64,000 bases of DNA, from positions 1,401 through 65,400 of the forward strand of contig JAGCVU010000229.1 of assembly GCA_017962175.1 (NCBI GenBank), in the 5' to 3' direction. The notes beneath the pieces were generated by a model that searched no databases, was not told the origin of the DNA, and saw only the letters and a program-made list of their open reading frames with translations. This DNA comes from Bacteroidales bacterium. Lineage in GTDB: Bacteria > Bacteroidota > Bacteroidia > Bacteroidales > UBA3824. Below, one piece after another: positions 9,633 through 17,633 of the stretch (its first letter is position 1; each line of letters starts with the position of its first letter). The position numbers and the translations under genes are program-made.

Positions 9633-11868
9633 CGTCTTGTAGTTTTTCTTTTTTGAAGTATTTAGAGTAAATGTACGACACAATTAAGAATGTAACTCCC
9701 ACAGCCACAAATACTAATGCTTTGATCCAAAGTTCAGAATTCCAAATGTCGTAGAAAAATAATTTTACCACGGTTTGAGCCGAAAGCACAAATCCAAAAA
9801 TGCGAAGATGTTTTAATTCAAATTTAAAACCTATCACAAATAATATGAGCGAAGCCACACCTAACCAAGCAGTTAACAATATGCCATAAGAGTTTTGCGA
9901 GTGCAACAGCGTAAGTATATTAGTGATTTCGGAGCCCACAATCCACACCATAGTAAATGCCACAACAATATCGATAATTTTGTCGAAGTTTTTGCAAAGC
10001 GGATATTTGCGATTAAAAATAGCGAAAGCCGCCATTCCAATTGCCACTGCCAATGTAAAATAACGACACATAAAATACCACTTGGAAGATAGAGTTTGCA
10101 AATCTTCCATACTAGTGCAGAACAATATGCACATCGATAGCAAATTAATAGGCAGCAAGGTGTAGCCAATAGTTTTAATATTCGACAAAAATTCCAACTT
10201 TTTGGGCATTAATGCAGCAGCCACCGACAGCAAACCAAACCAAATCGTTAGCGAAACGCAAGAAAGGTCAAATTCTTGAGAATCGGTGAATCTACTGTCA
10301 ACAAAAATCCAATATATCAACAATTCGTGTGCAACTACAAATGCCACAGTGAGATAGAGCAAAAGGCTAACTGATGCTTTGTGAAATTTGTCAACCATGG
10401 CTTTGAGAATAAACACCAAAACTGCAATGTAAGCCAATTTGGTAATAAACGCCGTATTGAGCACAATCCAATAATTGTCGGGAAGGCTGTAATGAAAATC
10501 TATAATCGGAATAGCGATACACACTACCGCAAACGATAAATAGGTAAGCAGCAAGGCAACAAGTTTGAAATAATTTAGCTGTGTATATTTGTAAACAAAT
10601 GCCGCTGCCAAAATTTCGATTGCAAACACCAGCGGAAACCACTGCGAATATTCAAGCACATAATTGATAATCAATGCCAAATTGGTAAATATCAACGCAT
10701 ACGAAAACGGCGTAGTAAACAGCAATTTGCGCTCGGGCAATAACTTCTGAAACACAAACGCCGTTGCACACAAAGCCAACGATATATAAATATAGGTGTG
10801 TGCAATGCTGTGTCGATTATGAAATTCGATGGCTGTAAAAATGGCAAATGTTAAAAAGTTGATTACAGTAAATGCGATGAAGTCGAAATTGTATTTTTCA
10901 CGATTCAAATATAGCACCACATCGCCGGCGTAAAACACAGCACAGAGAATAGCGAAATAAAGCACGTTGATACTATGCGACAAATCGGCACCATCGAAAA
11001 ACTTAATAATAAGCACCAAACCTGTAGCAACAAACGCTGATGCATACACAGGAGTCCATTTTTTTATCTTGTACACAAAACACAGCGCCACATTGACTAC
11101 CACCAAGAAAACCATCCAAAAGACAGTTCTATTTATATGAGAATCAAACGAATAGCCTGCACAGAACGGCGACATTACAAACCAAAATAGTGCATACGAA
11201 AATAGCAATTTGTTGTCGTGGATATATGAAAATGCAAGCAACGCTGATGTTATAGTCCACAAAATAGCCAAAGTAACAGGCGATGAGAACAAATCAAAAT
11301 ACCCATAAGCCAACCATGTGACGGCATATCCCAAATTGGCTCCACCAAAAAGCAATGTATCTTTGAGCACTTTGCGTGTAGAGGGCACTTTAAACGCTCC
11401 TACAACCATAGCAGCCGAACCCAAATAACCTAAAATAACACGACCTACAGAACCAATTAAATTCTTGTCTAACAATATTTTGATGCAGAGAATCAAGCCT
11501 AATACAGCAATAAAAATTCCGGCAATTGCCATCCATTTAACGCCAATATTGCGCTCGCTGTTTGACGATTCCGACACCTTTGGAGTAGATGGTATTGGAG
11601 GAGGCAAAACAAATGGAGGCGGTGCAACCGGCTCTTGTGGAGCAACTGTATCTTTAGGCTCAACAGTCTCTGTCACAGGATTAAACGGCGGCGGAGTTAC
11701 CACCTCTGTCTGCTTTCTATTAGCAGCAATAGAAGCATTGATTTCTGCCCTCAGTTTGCTGATTTCTTCGTCAAGATGTTCGCGTTGGCTCATAAGTTCA
11801 AGCATACGCTTCACCTTCTGACTTTGATCTTCATTGCTTACATTAACTTCATTCTCAACATTTTCCAT
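9607..11868 (-). CDS. Polytopic membrane protein, DUF2339-like
   Basis: N-terminal coiled coil and Pro-rich linker, ERNIGVKWMAIAGI, many TM helices, and C-terminal LRIFG...VKLFFYDIW...FVAVGV motif. Confidence 0.8.
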   Translation of the reverse strand: MENVENEVNVSNEDQSQKVKRMLELMSQREHLDEEISKLRAEINASIAANRKQTEVVTPPPFNPVTETVEPKDTVAPQEPVAPPPFVLPPPIPSTPKVSESSNSERNIGVKWMAIAGIFIAVLGLILCIKILLDKNLIGSVGRVILGYLGSAAMVVGAFKVPSTRKVLKDTLLFGGANLGYAVTWLAYGYFDLFSSPVTLAILWTITSALLAFSYIHDNKLLFSYALFWFVMSPFCAGYSFDSHINRTVFWMVFLVVVNVALCFVYKIKKWTPVYASAFVATGLVLIIKFFDGADLSHSINVLYFAILCAVFYAGDVVLYLNREKYNFDFIAFTVINFLTFAIFTAIEFHNRHSIAHTYIYISLALCATAFVFQKLLPERKLLFTTPFSYALIFTNLALIINYVLEYSQWFPLVFAIEILAAAFVYKYTQLNYFKLVALLLTYLSFAVVCIAIPIIDFHYSLPDNYWIVLNTAFITKLAYIAVLVFILKAMVDKFHKASVSLLLYLTVAFVVAHELLIYWIFVDSRFTDSQEFDLSCVSLTIWFGLLSVAAALMPKKLEFLSNIKTIGYTLLPINLLSMCILFCTSMEDLQTLSSKWYFMCRYFTLAVAIGMAAFAIFNRKYPLCKNFDKIIDIVVAFTMVWIVGSEITNILTLLHSQNSYGILLTAWLGVASLILFVIGFKFELKHLRIFGFVLSAQTVVKLFFYDIWNSELWIKALVFVAVGVTFLIVSYIYSKYFKKEKLQDDEQTLGTE

Positions 11869-11881
11869 ACTCAACAGAATA

Positions 11882-13411
11882 TTACATTACTGAAATTTTT
11901 ACTACGGGACGAGTTCTAAAACGTCCGAGATTTTTGCCGGCGCGAGTTATCATCAAGTCGATTTGCACACCGGTCTGCCATGTTTCTGACACCGGCTCGG
12001 CTATGTCGCCCGCCTTTAGTGTGCGGCTGCTCGAAATTACCTTAAACTGATGATTGCCAATATACACAAACTCTTGATGAGCTGCACCTTTGCCGGGAGC
12101 CGGGTCGAAAGTATTAAGCAATACCTTTTTATTGGGCGTTAAAGTTTGCAGATTTAAATTATTAACAGCGCAATAAGTGGGTTGTGCCGATGGTGGCGGA
12201 GGTGGAGGTGTAACCGACTTAGGCGGTGTAGGCGGCTGAGGTTTGTCGATATGCTGAGCACCCATTTGAAACATCGTGCTCTCCTCATCCACTTCGGTAG
12301 GAGCAACATCCTCCTTAAACAATTCGCCAAGCACAAAACTTATATCATCGGTAAAAACCTCAATCTTGGTTTCGCCGTAGTTGGCAAATTCCTTGCGTAC
12401 TGTGCTGTTGTTTAGCGAATTGCCCACAAGGAAAATTTTATCTAAATCAATGGTTTTGATTTTCTCCTTAGCAAGAAAATTGTCGGAGAAAAACGCAGAA
12501 AACTGACGTGAATATAGATACGACAACTTGTTGATTTCATCTACCGAAAGACTCACTTTGATTTTGTTGCCCTGATTAACGGCAAACGATGTTTGAAGAC
12601 TGATAACAGGCTTGGTCCAATTGGCAAGCAGTTCTACAATCTTCACAGCCTTATCGTAATGGCGGATATATTCGCGATTGATGGCGGCAGAATCGTCACG
12701 GTCGATAATGTTTTCCTGACGGTTAACATCATCTACTATCTTTTTGGCTATCACCTTAATACGAGGGTCAATGCCGTAACCTTCAAACTTTTTGAATGCT
12801 ACTCTCGACACATTGTTGCCGTCAACATTCATCACCGACATATTCAAATCCATACCAAGAGCCTCTAATACACCAAATTTGCGGTTTTGACAATAGAGTC
12901 CGTTTTTAGCTTTGTAATATTGCAACAAAAGCGTGTCGAATTTCTCAACTTTCACAAAGTTGAAGTTTTTCGACTTCCAGTAATTCAAAAACTCGGTTTG
13001 AGCTTTAGGTGTAATATTTTCGCTAAACACTATGGCAGTGTCGATTACAGTAGTATCAGAAAAAGGAAAATCCTCATATTTCGACATTTCACGAGCATAC
13101 AATTCTCTCACGTCGCGTATAATGGGATTGAAAAGTGCTATGTAATCTTCGTCGAAACCGCCAACTGAGATTTTTTGTCCGCCTTTGTCGAGAGCTTGCA
13201 TAAGGTCGCCGGCAAAGAGACTTTTATTGTCGCGGAAATTGATTTTGTAATCAAAACCGTAGTCGATACTGCTGTCGGTGGGGTTTATATAGAAATAAAA
13301 AGGAAATTTTTTCTCGTCGTTGGTAAAAAGAAGCGAAAACTTATCTTTCAACGGCTGAATTGCCGCTGTAAGGTAGTCATCGTTGACAAAAACCGCTAAT
13401 GTCTTGTTCAT
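11882..13411 (-). CDS. Hypothetical protein: degenerate Hsp70/actin-like ATPase fold, Pro-rich linker, small C-terminal beta domain
   Basis: Segments occur in Hsp70 order: LAVFVNDDYLTAA (vs IGIDLGTT), FPFYFY (vs PSVVAF), LEALGMDLNMSVM (vs DLGGGTFDVS), GYGID, and IDLDKIFLVGNS (vs IDEVLLVGGS). Fold assignment is by eye. Confidence 0.6.
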   Translation of the reverse strand: MNKTLAVFVNDDYLTAAIQPLKDKFSLLFTNDEKKFPFYFYINPTDSSIDYGFDYKINFRDNKSLFAGDLMQALDKGGQKISVGGFDEDYIALFNPIIRDVRELYAREMSKYEDFPFSDTTVIDTAIVFSENITPKAQTEFLNYWKSKNFNFVKVEKFDTLLLQYYKAKNGLYCQNRKFGVLEALGMDLNMSVMNVDGNNVSRVAFKKFEGYGIDPRIKVIAKKIVDDVNRQENIIDRDDSAAINREYIRHYDKAVKIVELLANWTKPVISLQTSFAVNQGNKIKVSLSVDEINKLSYLYSRQFSAFFSDNFLAKEKIKTIDLDKIFLVGNSLNNSTVRKEFANYGETKIEVFTDDISFVLGELFKEDVAPTEVDEESTMFQMGAQHIDKPQPPTPPKSVTPPPPPPSAQPTYCAVNNLNLQTLTPNKKVLLNTFDPAPGKGAAHQEFVYIGNHQFKVISSSRTLKAGDIAEPVSETWQTGVQIDLMITRAGKNLGRFRTRPVVKISVM

Positions 13412-13437
13412 TTTTGTTAATATATTAAGGTGTGTGT

Positions 13438-14211
13438 TTACGAAAGAAATCTAAAAACTACTGCTGTGATATTATCTTTGCCTCCGGCATTGTAAGCCGA
13501 TTCGGTGAGAGCGTCGGCGAGACCATCGTCAACCTCGTAACGTTTTACAAGTCGGTATATCAGTTCGTCGGTAAGTGCATCGTGCACTCCGTCGGAAAAT
13601 GCCATAAGTATGTCGCCGTGTTCCAACGGACGCGGACCTTCTACATCAATTTTCATCAACGAAAGATCCTGACCAATAGCAGAGGTCATCATATTGCGTT
13701 TTGGATGAGTAAATGCTTCGGCTTCGGTAATTTCACCGGCATCCAATAATTGTTGCACAATAGAATGGTCGTGAGTTTCACGGCTGAGACACTCTCTGTT
13801 CCAAAGATATACGCGACTGTCGCCGATATTAACGGTGTAATAGGCATTGCCCGTTACAAAAAAACCGGAAAGAGTGGTGCCGCAATTTTTAAATAGAGGA
13901 TCTGAAGTGCTTTTGGCTAAAACTTCTTTGGCTGCATCTAAAGCGGTGTTTCGCAAAAAATCTGCAGCTATGGTGTTTGGTGGCATATTTTCAAATGCAT
14001 TGCGAAATACCTCCACAGTTTTGGTGCTTGCAAAATCGCCGTGCCCGTGCCCGCCTACGCCATCTGCCACAAAGCAAAGCATACGTCCGTCTTTTTCTGG
14101 CGAAACATAAAACGAATCTTCTTGCGATGGCTTTCTACCTTGAATGCTTGATGTTTCCACTCGGTTTACTCCGCTTGTGGTTCCAAATATTTTTTTTAGC
14201 GAGTTAAGCAT
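13438..14211 (-). CDS. PP2C/PPM Ser/Thr protein phosphatase (PrpC/Stp-like)
   Basis: GRKPSQED, VADGVGGHGHG, CGTT, NIGDSRVY, THDHS, HPKRNMMTSAIG, FSDGV and GGKDNIT. Confidence 0.93.
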   Translation of the reverse strand: MLNSLKKIFGTTSGVNRVETSSIQGRKPSQEDSFYVSPEKDGRMLCFVADGVGGHGHGDFASTKTVEVFRNAFENMPPNTIAADFLRNTALDAAKEVLAKSTSDPLFKNCGTTLSGFFVTGNAYYTVNIGDSRVYLWNRECLSRETHDHSIVQQLLDAGEITEAEAFTHPKRNMMTSAIGQDLSLMKIDVEGPRPLEHGDILMAFSDGVHDALTDELIYRLVKRYEVDDGLADALTESAYNAGGKDNITAVVFRFLS

Positions 14212-14232
14212 AGGCTATTGAGTTTTAAGCAG

Positions 14233-15954
14233 TTATTTTTTATTGTGGGTAAGGTATTCCTTTGCCATATATCCTCGTTTGAGATTTACTCGCACCTCTA
14301 CCCAATAGTATCCGTCTTCGATAACTTCTACAGGAGTGCCTTTGGGATACTCTTGAAGCACCTTGCTACTCTTGCTTGCAAGTTCACGCAATTTGAGGTT
14401 GGCTTTGGTGTAAACGATTTCGCCTTTATAGAATTTTGAATCGTCTTTGGCAGGCACAGAAGTACCTGTACTTGGAGGATCTTTGGGCGTTTTAGCCTCC
14501 GATTCTTCTTTAAGTTCCATTGCCAACACCACCAAAATAGCAGCTATGAGGGCAAGGAAAATAAAAGTTTGAATAGGTTTAAGTTTCGACTTCTGCGGCT
14601 GCTGGTCGCGTTTGCCGTAACCAATACCACGTTGAATGTTTTCCCTATTATTTTTTTCGGCTACAATCATACGTTCGCGAGCTTTTTCAAGTTCCACGTC
14701 CATAAGTAGTTCTACAGCCTTGGGGTCAATTGCATTTTTAGAAGTCTCAAAATCAATATCTTTGCGCTCTTTTCGGGTAATAACACCGTCGGCGGCATAT
14801 TCGCGTATTTTGGCAGCAAGCCAGTCGGGAACAGATGCCTTGGGTTGAGGTGCCTCGTTGGTACGAAGCAGTGCTAATATCTCATCGCACGATGCATATC
14901 GCGACTCGGGAATCATCATTGTAGACTTGTCGGCAATTTCGCGAAGCACTCCATTGTTGATACCCATAAGTTTTCGGCGATCGGGCGCACCTGCGAGCCA
15001 TTCAAGAATAATCATTCCAAGAGAATAGATGTCGGCACGTTGGTCGGCGGTGTAAGCCTTATTGTTGAGTTCGGGAGCAGCATACTTGGGTGTTCCCGCA
15101 CGTTTAAGGTTGTCGGGAAGATCGTCGGCAGTGGCAAGTCCGAAATCTATTATCTTAACATTGTCGCCTTTGTAGGTGAGCATAATATTATCGGGCTTGA
15201 GGTCGCGGTGAAAAATCTGTTTTTTGTGCACATAGCATAGCGCATCCAAAATTTGCACTATTACGCGACGCACAAAATTGATGTCTTGACGATGCTCCTC
15301 GTTGATTACATAAGAGAGAGTGCGTCCGTCGATATATTCCATATAATAATACGGACCATCGGAATCTTCTCCCTTGCCGTAAACATGTACTATATTGTTG
15401 TGTTCCAGTTCAAAAGCATTGTCAAACTCCTTGTAAAAGAGTTCGATATATTGAGGATTGTCGCGATACTGCTGTTTAATGCGTTTGATGATAACCTTGC
15501 GACGTCCAAGATGAATGGCACTATAAATGTCGCTCATTGCGCCCGACGAGTCGATAAGTTTCACCTCGGTAAATACATCGCCTCCGGCAGCGGAAAGGTT
15601 TTGCATTGAAGTCATTCCCGACTGTGATTCGTTTACAAAGCCCGAACCCGATTCTTGCTCTACAAAACCCGAACCCTGCGGCTCTGATACAAATCCTGAA
15701 CCCTGATTGTCAGACACAAAACCCGATCCCTGAGGCATTTCATCGTTGATTTCGGGATACTCGGTGTTTTGTTTTCCGGTGACGTGGGCAATCTCAATTT
15801 CGGCACTTTTGATAAGCACAAGCAATTCGCCCATATTGATACCCATATCGGCGGCCTGTTTGCGCAACATCTCGCGTTTGCCCTCGGTCATACCGGTGCG
15901 CACATATTGGTCAATCAGTTTTTTAAGTTCGTCCAAGTCTTTCATATCTGCCAA
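14233..15954 (-). CDS. Transmembrane Hanks-type Ser/Thr kinase with C-terminal SH3b domain
   Basis: SGAMSDIY, VIIK, HRDLKPDN, DFG, GTPKYAAPE, DIYSLG; TM FIFLALIAAILVVLAM; SH3b-like NLKLRE...GTPVEV...WVEVRV..KRGYMAKEYL. Start is TTG 15954 or ATG 15945. Confidence 0.92.
   Translation of the reverse strand: MADMKDLDELKKLIDQYVRTGMTEGKREMLRKQAADMGINMGELLVLIKSAEIEIAHVTGKQNTEYPEINDEMPQGSGFVSDNQGSGFVSEPQGSGFVEQESGSGFVNESQSGMTSMQNLSAAGGDVFTEVKLIDSSGAMSDIYSAIHLGRRKVIIKRIKQQYRDNPQYIELFYKEFDNAFELEHNNIVHVYGKGEDSDGPYYYMEYIDGRTLSYVINEEHRQDINFVRRVIVQILDALCYVHKKQIFHRDLKPDNIMLTYKGDNVKIIDFGLATADDLPDNLKRAGTPKYAAPELNNKAYTADQRADIYSLGMIILEWLAGAPDRRKLMGINNGVLREIADKSTMMIPESRYASCDEILALLRTNEAPQPKASVPDWLAAKIREYAADGVITRKERKDIDFETSKNAIDPKAVELLMDVELEKARERMIVAEKNNRENIQRGIGYGKRDQQPQKSKLKPIQTFIFLALIAAILVVLAMELKEESEAKTPKDPPSTGTSVPAKDDSKFYKGEIVYTKANLKLRELASKSSKVLQEYPKGTPVEVIEDGYYWVEVRVNLKRGYMAKEYLTHNKK
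15631..15733 (-). repeat. Four GSGFV peptide repeats in the kinase N-terminal linker
   Basis: QGSGFVSDN-QGSGFVSEP-QGSGFVEQES-GSGFVNES, with synonymous codon differences between copies. Confidence 0.9.
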
Positions 15955-15957
15955 ACA

Positions 15958-16896
15958 CTATTTTTTTAAAGTGAAAAACGCCTCTTCCGGCTCCGTATCA
16001 TCCACAAAGAAGGTTACGGTATATTGCCCCGGTGTAAGAGTAATGCCATCTGTGTGCCAAGTTAGGCTCAAAGGAGTCTTTTTTCCGGAATAATGCGAAG
16101 TTTTTTTCGTGGTGTAAGCTATCTGTTTGCCTTGATAGTCGAAAAATCCTGTTTGTGAGTTAGTTAGCAAATTACCCTTCTGGTCGGTGATACGAATGTA
16201 CACAGTAAGATTCTTGGCCTGAGTGTATTTGTTTTCGTTGATATTGAAACGAATATTGATAGAATCCACTTTTTTGGCCTTACGCACATCGGGAAGAGTG
16301 ATTTTGATGTTTGATAACGAAAGTTTTGCAGCGGTCTGTTCTGCTTCTTCTTTCTGTTGAGTGGTTTGAGCAATCTCTTGAACAAGTCCGGCGTTTTCAT
16401 CTTCAAGATCCCTAACTTTGATTTTCAGGTTGGCAAGTTCGGTAGCCAGATTGTTAATCTCTTTTTGTTTGCTCTCAATGGCGTTAATCATCATATTCAT
16501 AAGCTGTTGTGCAGTGGCGTTTTTGTAACCGGACTTTTGAAATTCAACAGCAATATCTTGATTTTGACCAATAAAATCTTGCATCTGCTTTACTAATGCA
16601 CGAATCATCTTAGCCTCAGCCGATGACGATCCGCCACCTTTGCGCTTGATAACGCTTTTGAGACTGTCGATTTCCATTTCGCGAATTTTTATACTGTCGA
16701 GAAAATTGCCAAACGATGAAATACTCTGTTCGTAATCCATCAACATTAGCGATTTTTGGTTGTCGGAATCCATATATTGCATCAAAAGAGCTTCCAAACT
16801 ATCGGCACGTTGACGTTCTGAATCACTTCCCTCTAATCCGCACGACACGCTAACGACTAAAAGAGAGATAATTATGATGTAGAAAAGGTTTTTCAT
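15958..16896 (-). CDS. Putative lipoprotein with long coiled coil and C-terminal Ig-like beta domain
   Basis: MKNLFYIIIISLLVVSVSC lipobox-like N-terminus from ATG 16896; heptad-rich middle; C-terminal VYIRI...LTPGQYTVTFF. Confidence 0.75.
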   Translation of the reverse strand: MKNLFYIIIISLLVVSVSCGLEGSDSERQRADSLEALLMQYMDSDNQKSLMLMDYEQSISSFGNFLDSIKIREMEIDSLKSVIKRKGGGSSSAEAKMIRALVKQMQDFIGQNQDIAVEFQKSGYKNATAQQLMNMMINAIESKQKEINNLATELANLKIKVRDLEDENAGLVQEIAQTTQQKEEAEQTAAKLSLSNIKITLPDVRKAKKVDSINIRFNINENKYTQAKNLTVYIRITDQKGNLLTNSQTGFFDYQGKQIAYTTKKTSHYSGKKTPLSLTWHTDGITLTPGQYTVTFFVDDTEPEEAFFTLKK

Positions 16897-16926
16897 AACA
16901 CAAAAATTGTTTATTTTTTTAAATGA

Positions 16927-17017
16927 CAAATATAAGAAATCAATTACGGTTTACAAACATATTTTGGCGTTTTTTTTAATAAAAGTTGTAGGATAATAAA
17001 AGTTTGACGTATCTTTG
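16927..17017. promoter_or_regulatory. Divergent promoter pair: TATATTTG on minus (16927-16934) and TATCTTTG on plus (17010-17017)
   Basis: Two TAnnTTTG elements, each 20-30 nt upstream of the respective ATG (16896 and 17037). Confidence 0.6.
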
Positions 17018-17036
17018 CAAATATTTGAATACGACA

Positions 17037-17570
17037 ATGGACGACAACGAAATCCTAAAACTGATAAAAGAAGGCGATAAAAGTGCGTTTGAGCAGCTTT
17101 TTAAGCAGTATTATCGAATGCTGACCCTATTCGCCGCCAAATACCTGCGCTCTCTCGACGAAGCCGAGGAACTTGTGCAGCAGGTGTTTGTGTCGTTTTG
17201 GGAAAAAGCACCTGCCACCGACATCAACGTGTCGCTAAAAGCGTATCTCTACCGTTGGACTGCCAACGCTTGCATCAATCGTATCAAACATCAAAAAATC
17301 AAGGATAAATACGCTCAATATGCTGTGCAGGAGATTCAATCTGGCATCGACGACAATCTGTCATTTTCAGAACCCGACCTCAAAGACAACATCCGACGAG
17401 CTATCGAAAACCTTCCCGAAAAATGCCGCGAAATTTTTGTAAAAAGCCGTTTTGAAAACAAAAAAAATGCAGAAATTGCCACAGAATTAGGTATTTCGGA
17501 AAAAACTGTGGAAAATCAGATGACCATTGCCCTAAAAAAGCTTCGTGCCGATTTGCAACATTATCTATAA
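17037..17570 (+). CDS. ECF RNA polymerase sigma-70 factor (Bacteroides-expansion type)
   Basis: GDKSAFEQLF, EAEELVQQVFVSFW, SLKAYLY, LPEKCREIF, and region 4 EIATELGISEKTVENQMTIALKKLR. Confidence 0.93.
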   Translation: MDDNEILKLIKEGDKSAFEQLFKQYYRMLTLFAAKYLRSLDEAEELVQQVFVSFWEKAPATDINVSLKAYLYRWTANACINRIKHQKIKDKYAQYAVQEIQSGIDDNLSFSEPDLKDNIRRAIENLPEKCREIFVKSRFENKKNAEIATELGISEKTVENQMTIALKKLRADLQHYL

Positions 17571-17606
17571 AAAAAACGGACATTCGACCCAAAGACCGAA
17601 CGTCCG
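17569..17606 (-). terminator. Intrinsic terminator downstream of rho
   Basis: Minus strand reads CGGACGTTCG-N10-CGAATGTCCG (one G-U pair) followed by a long T run. Confidence 0.75.
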
Positions 17607-17633
17607 CAGAATTATGAACGATTTATAGAAAAC

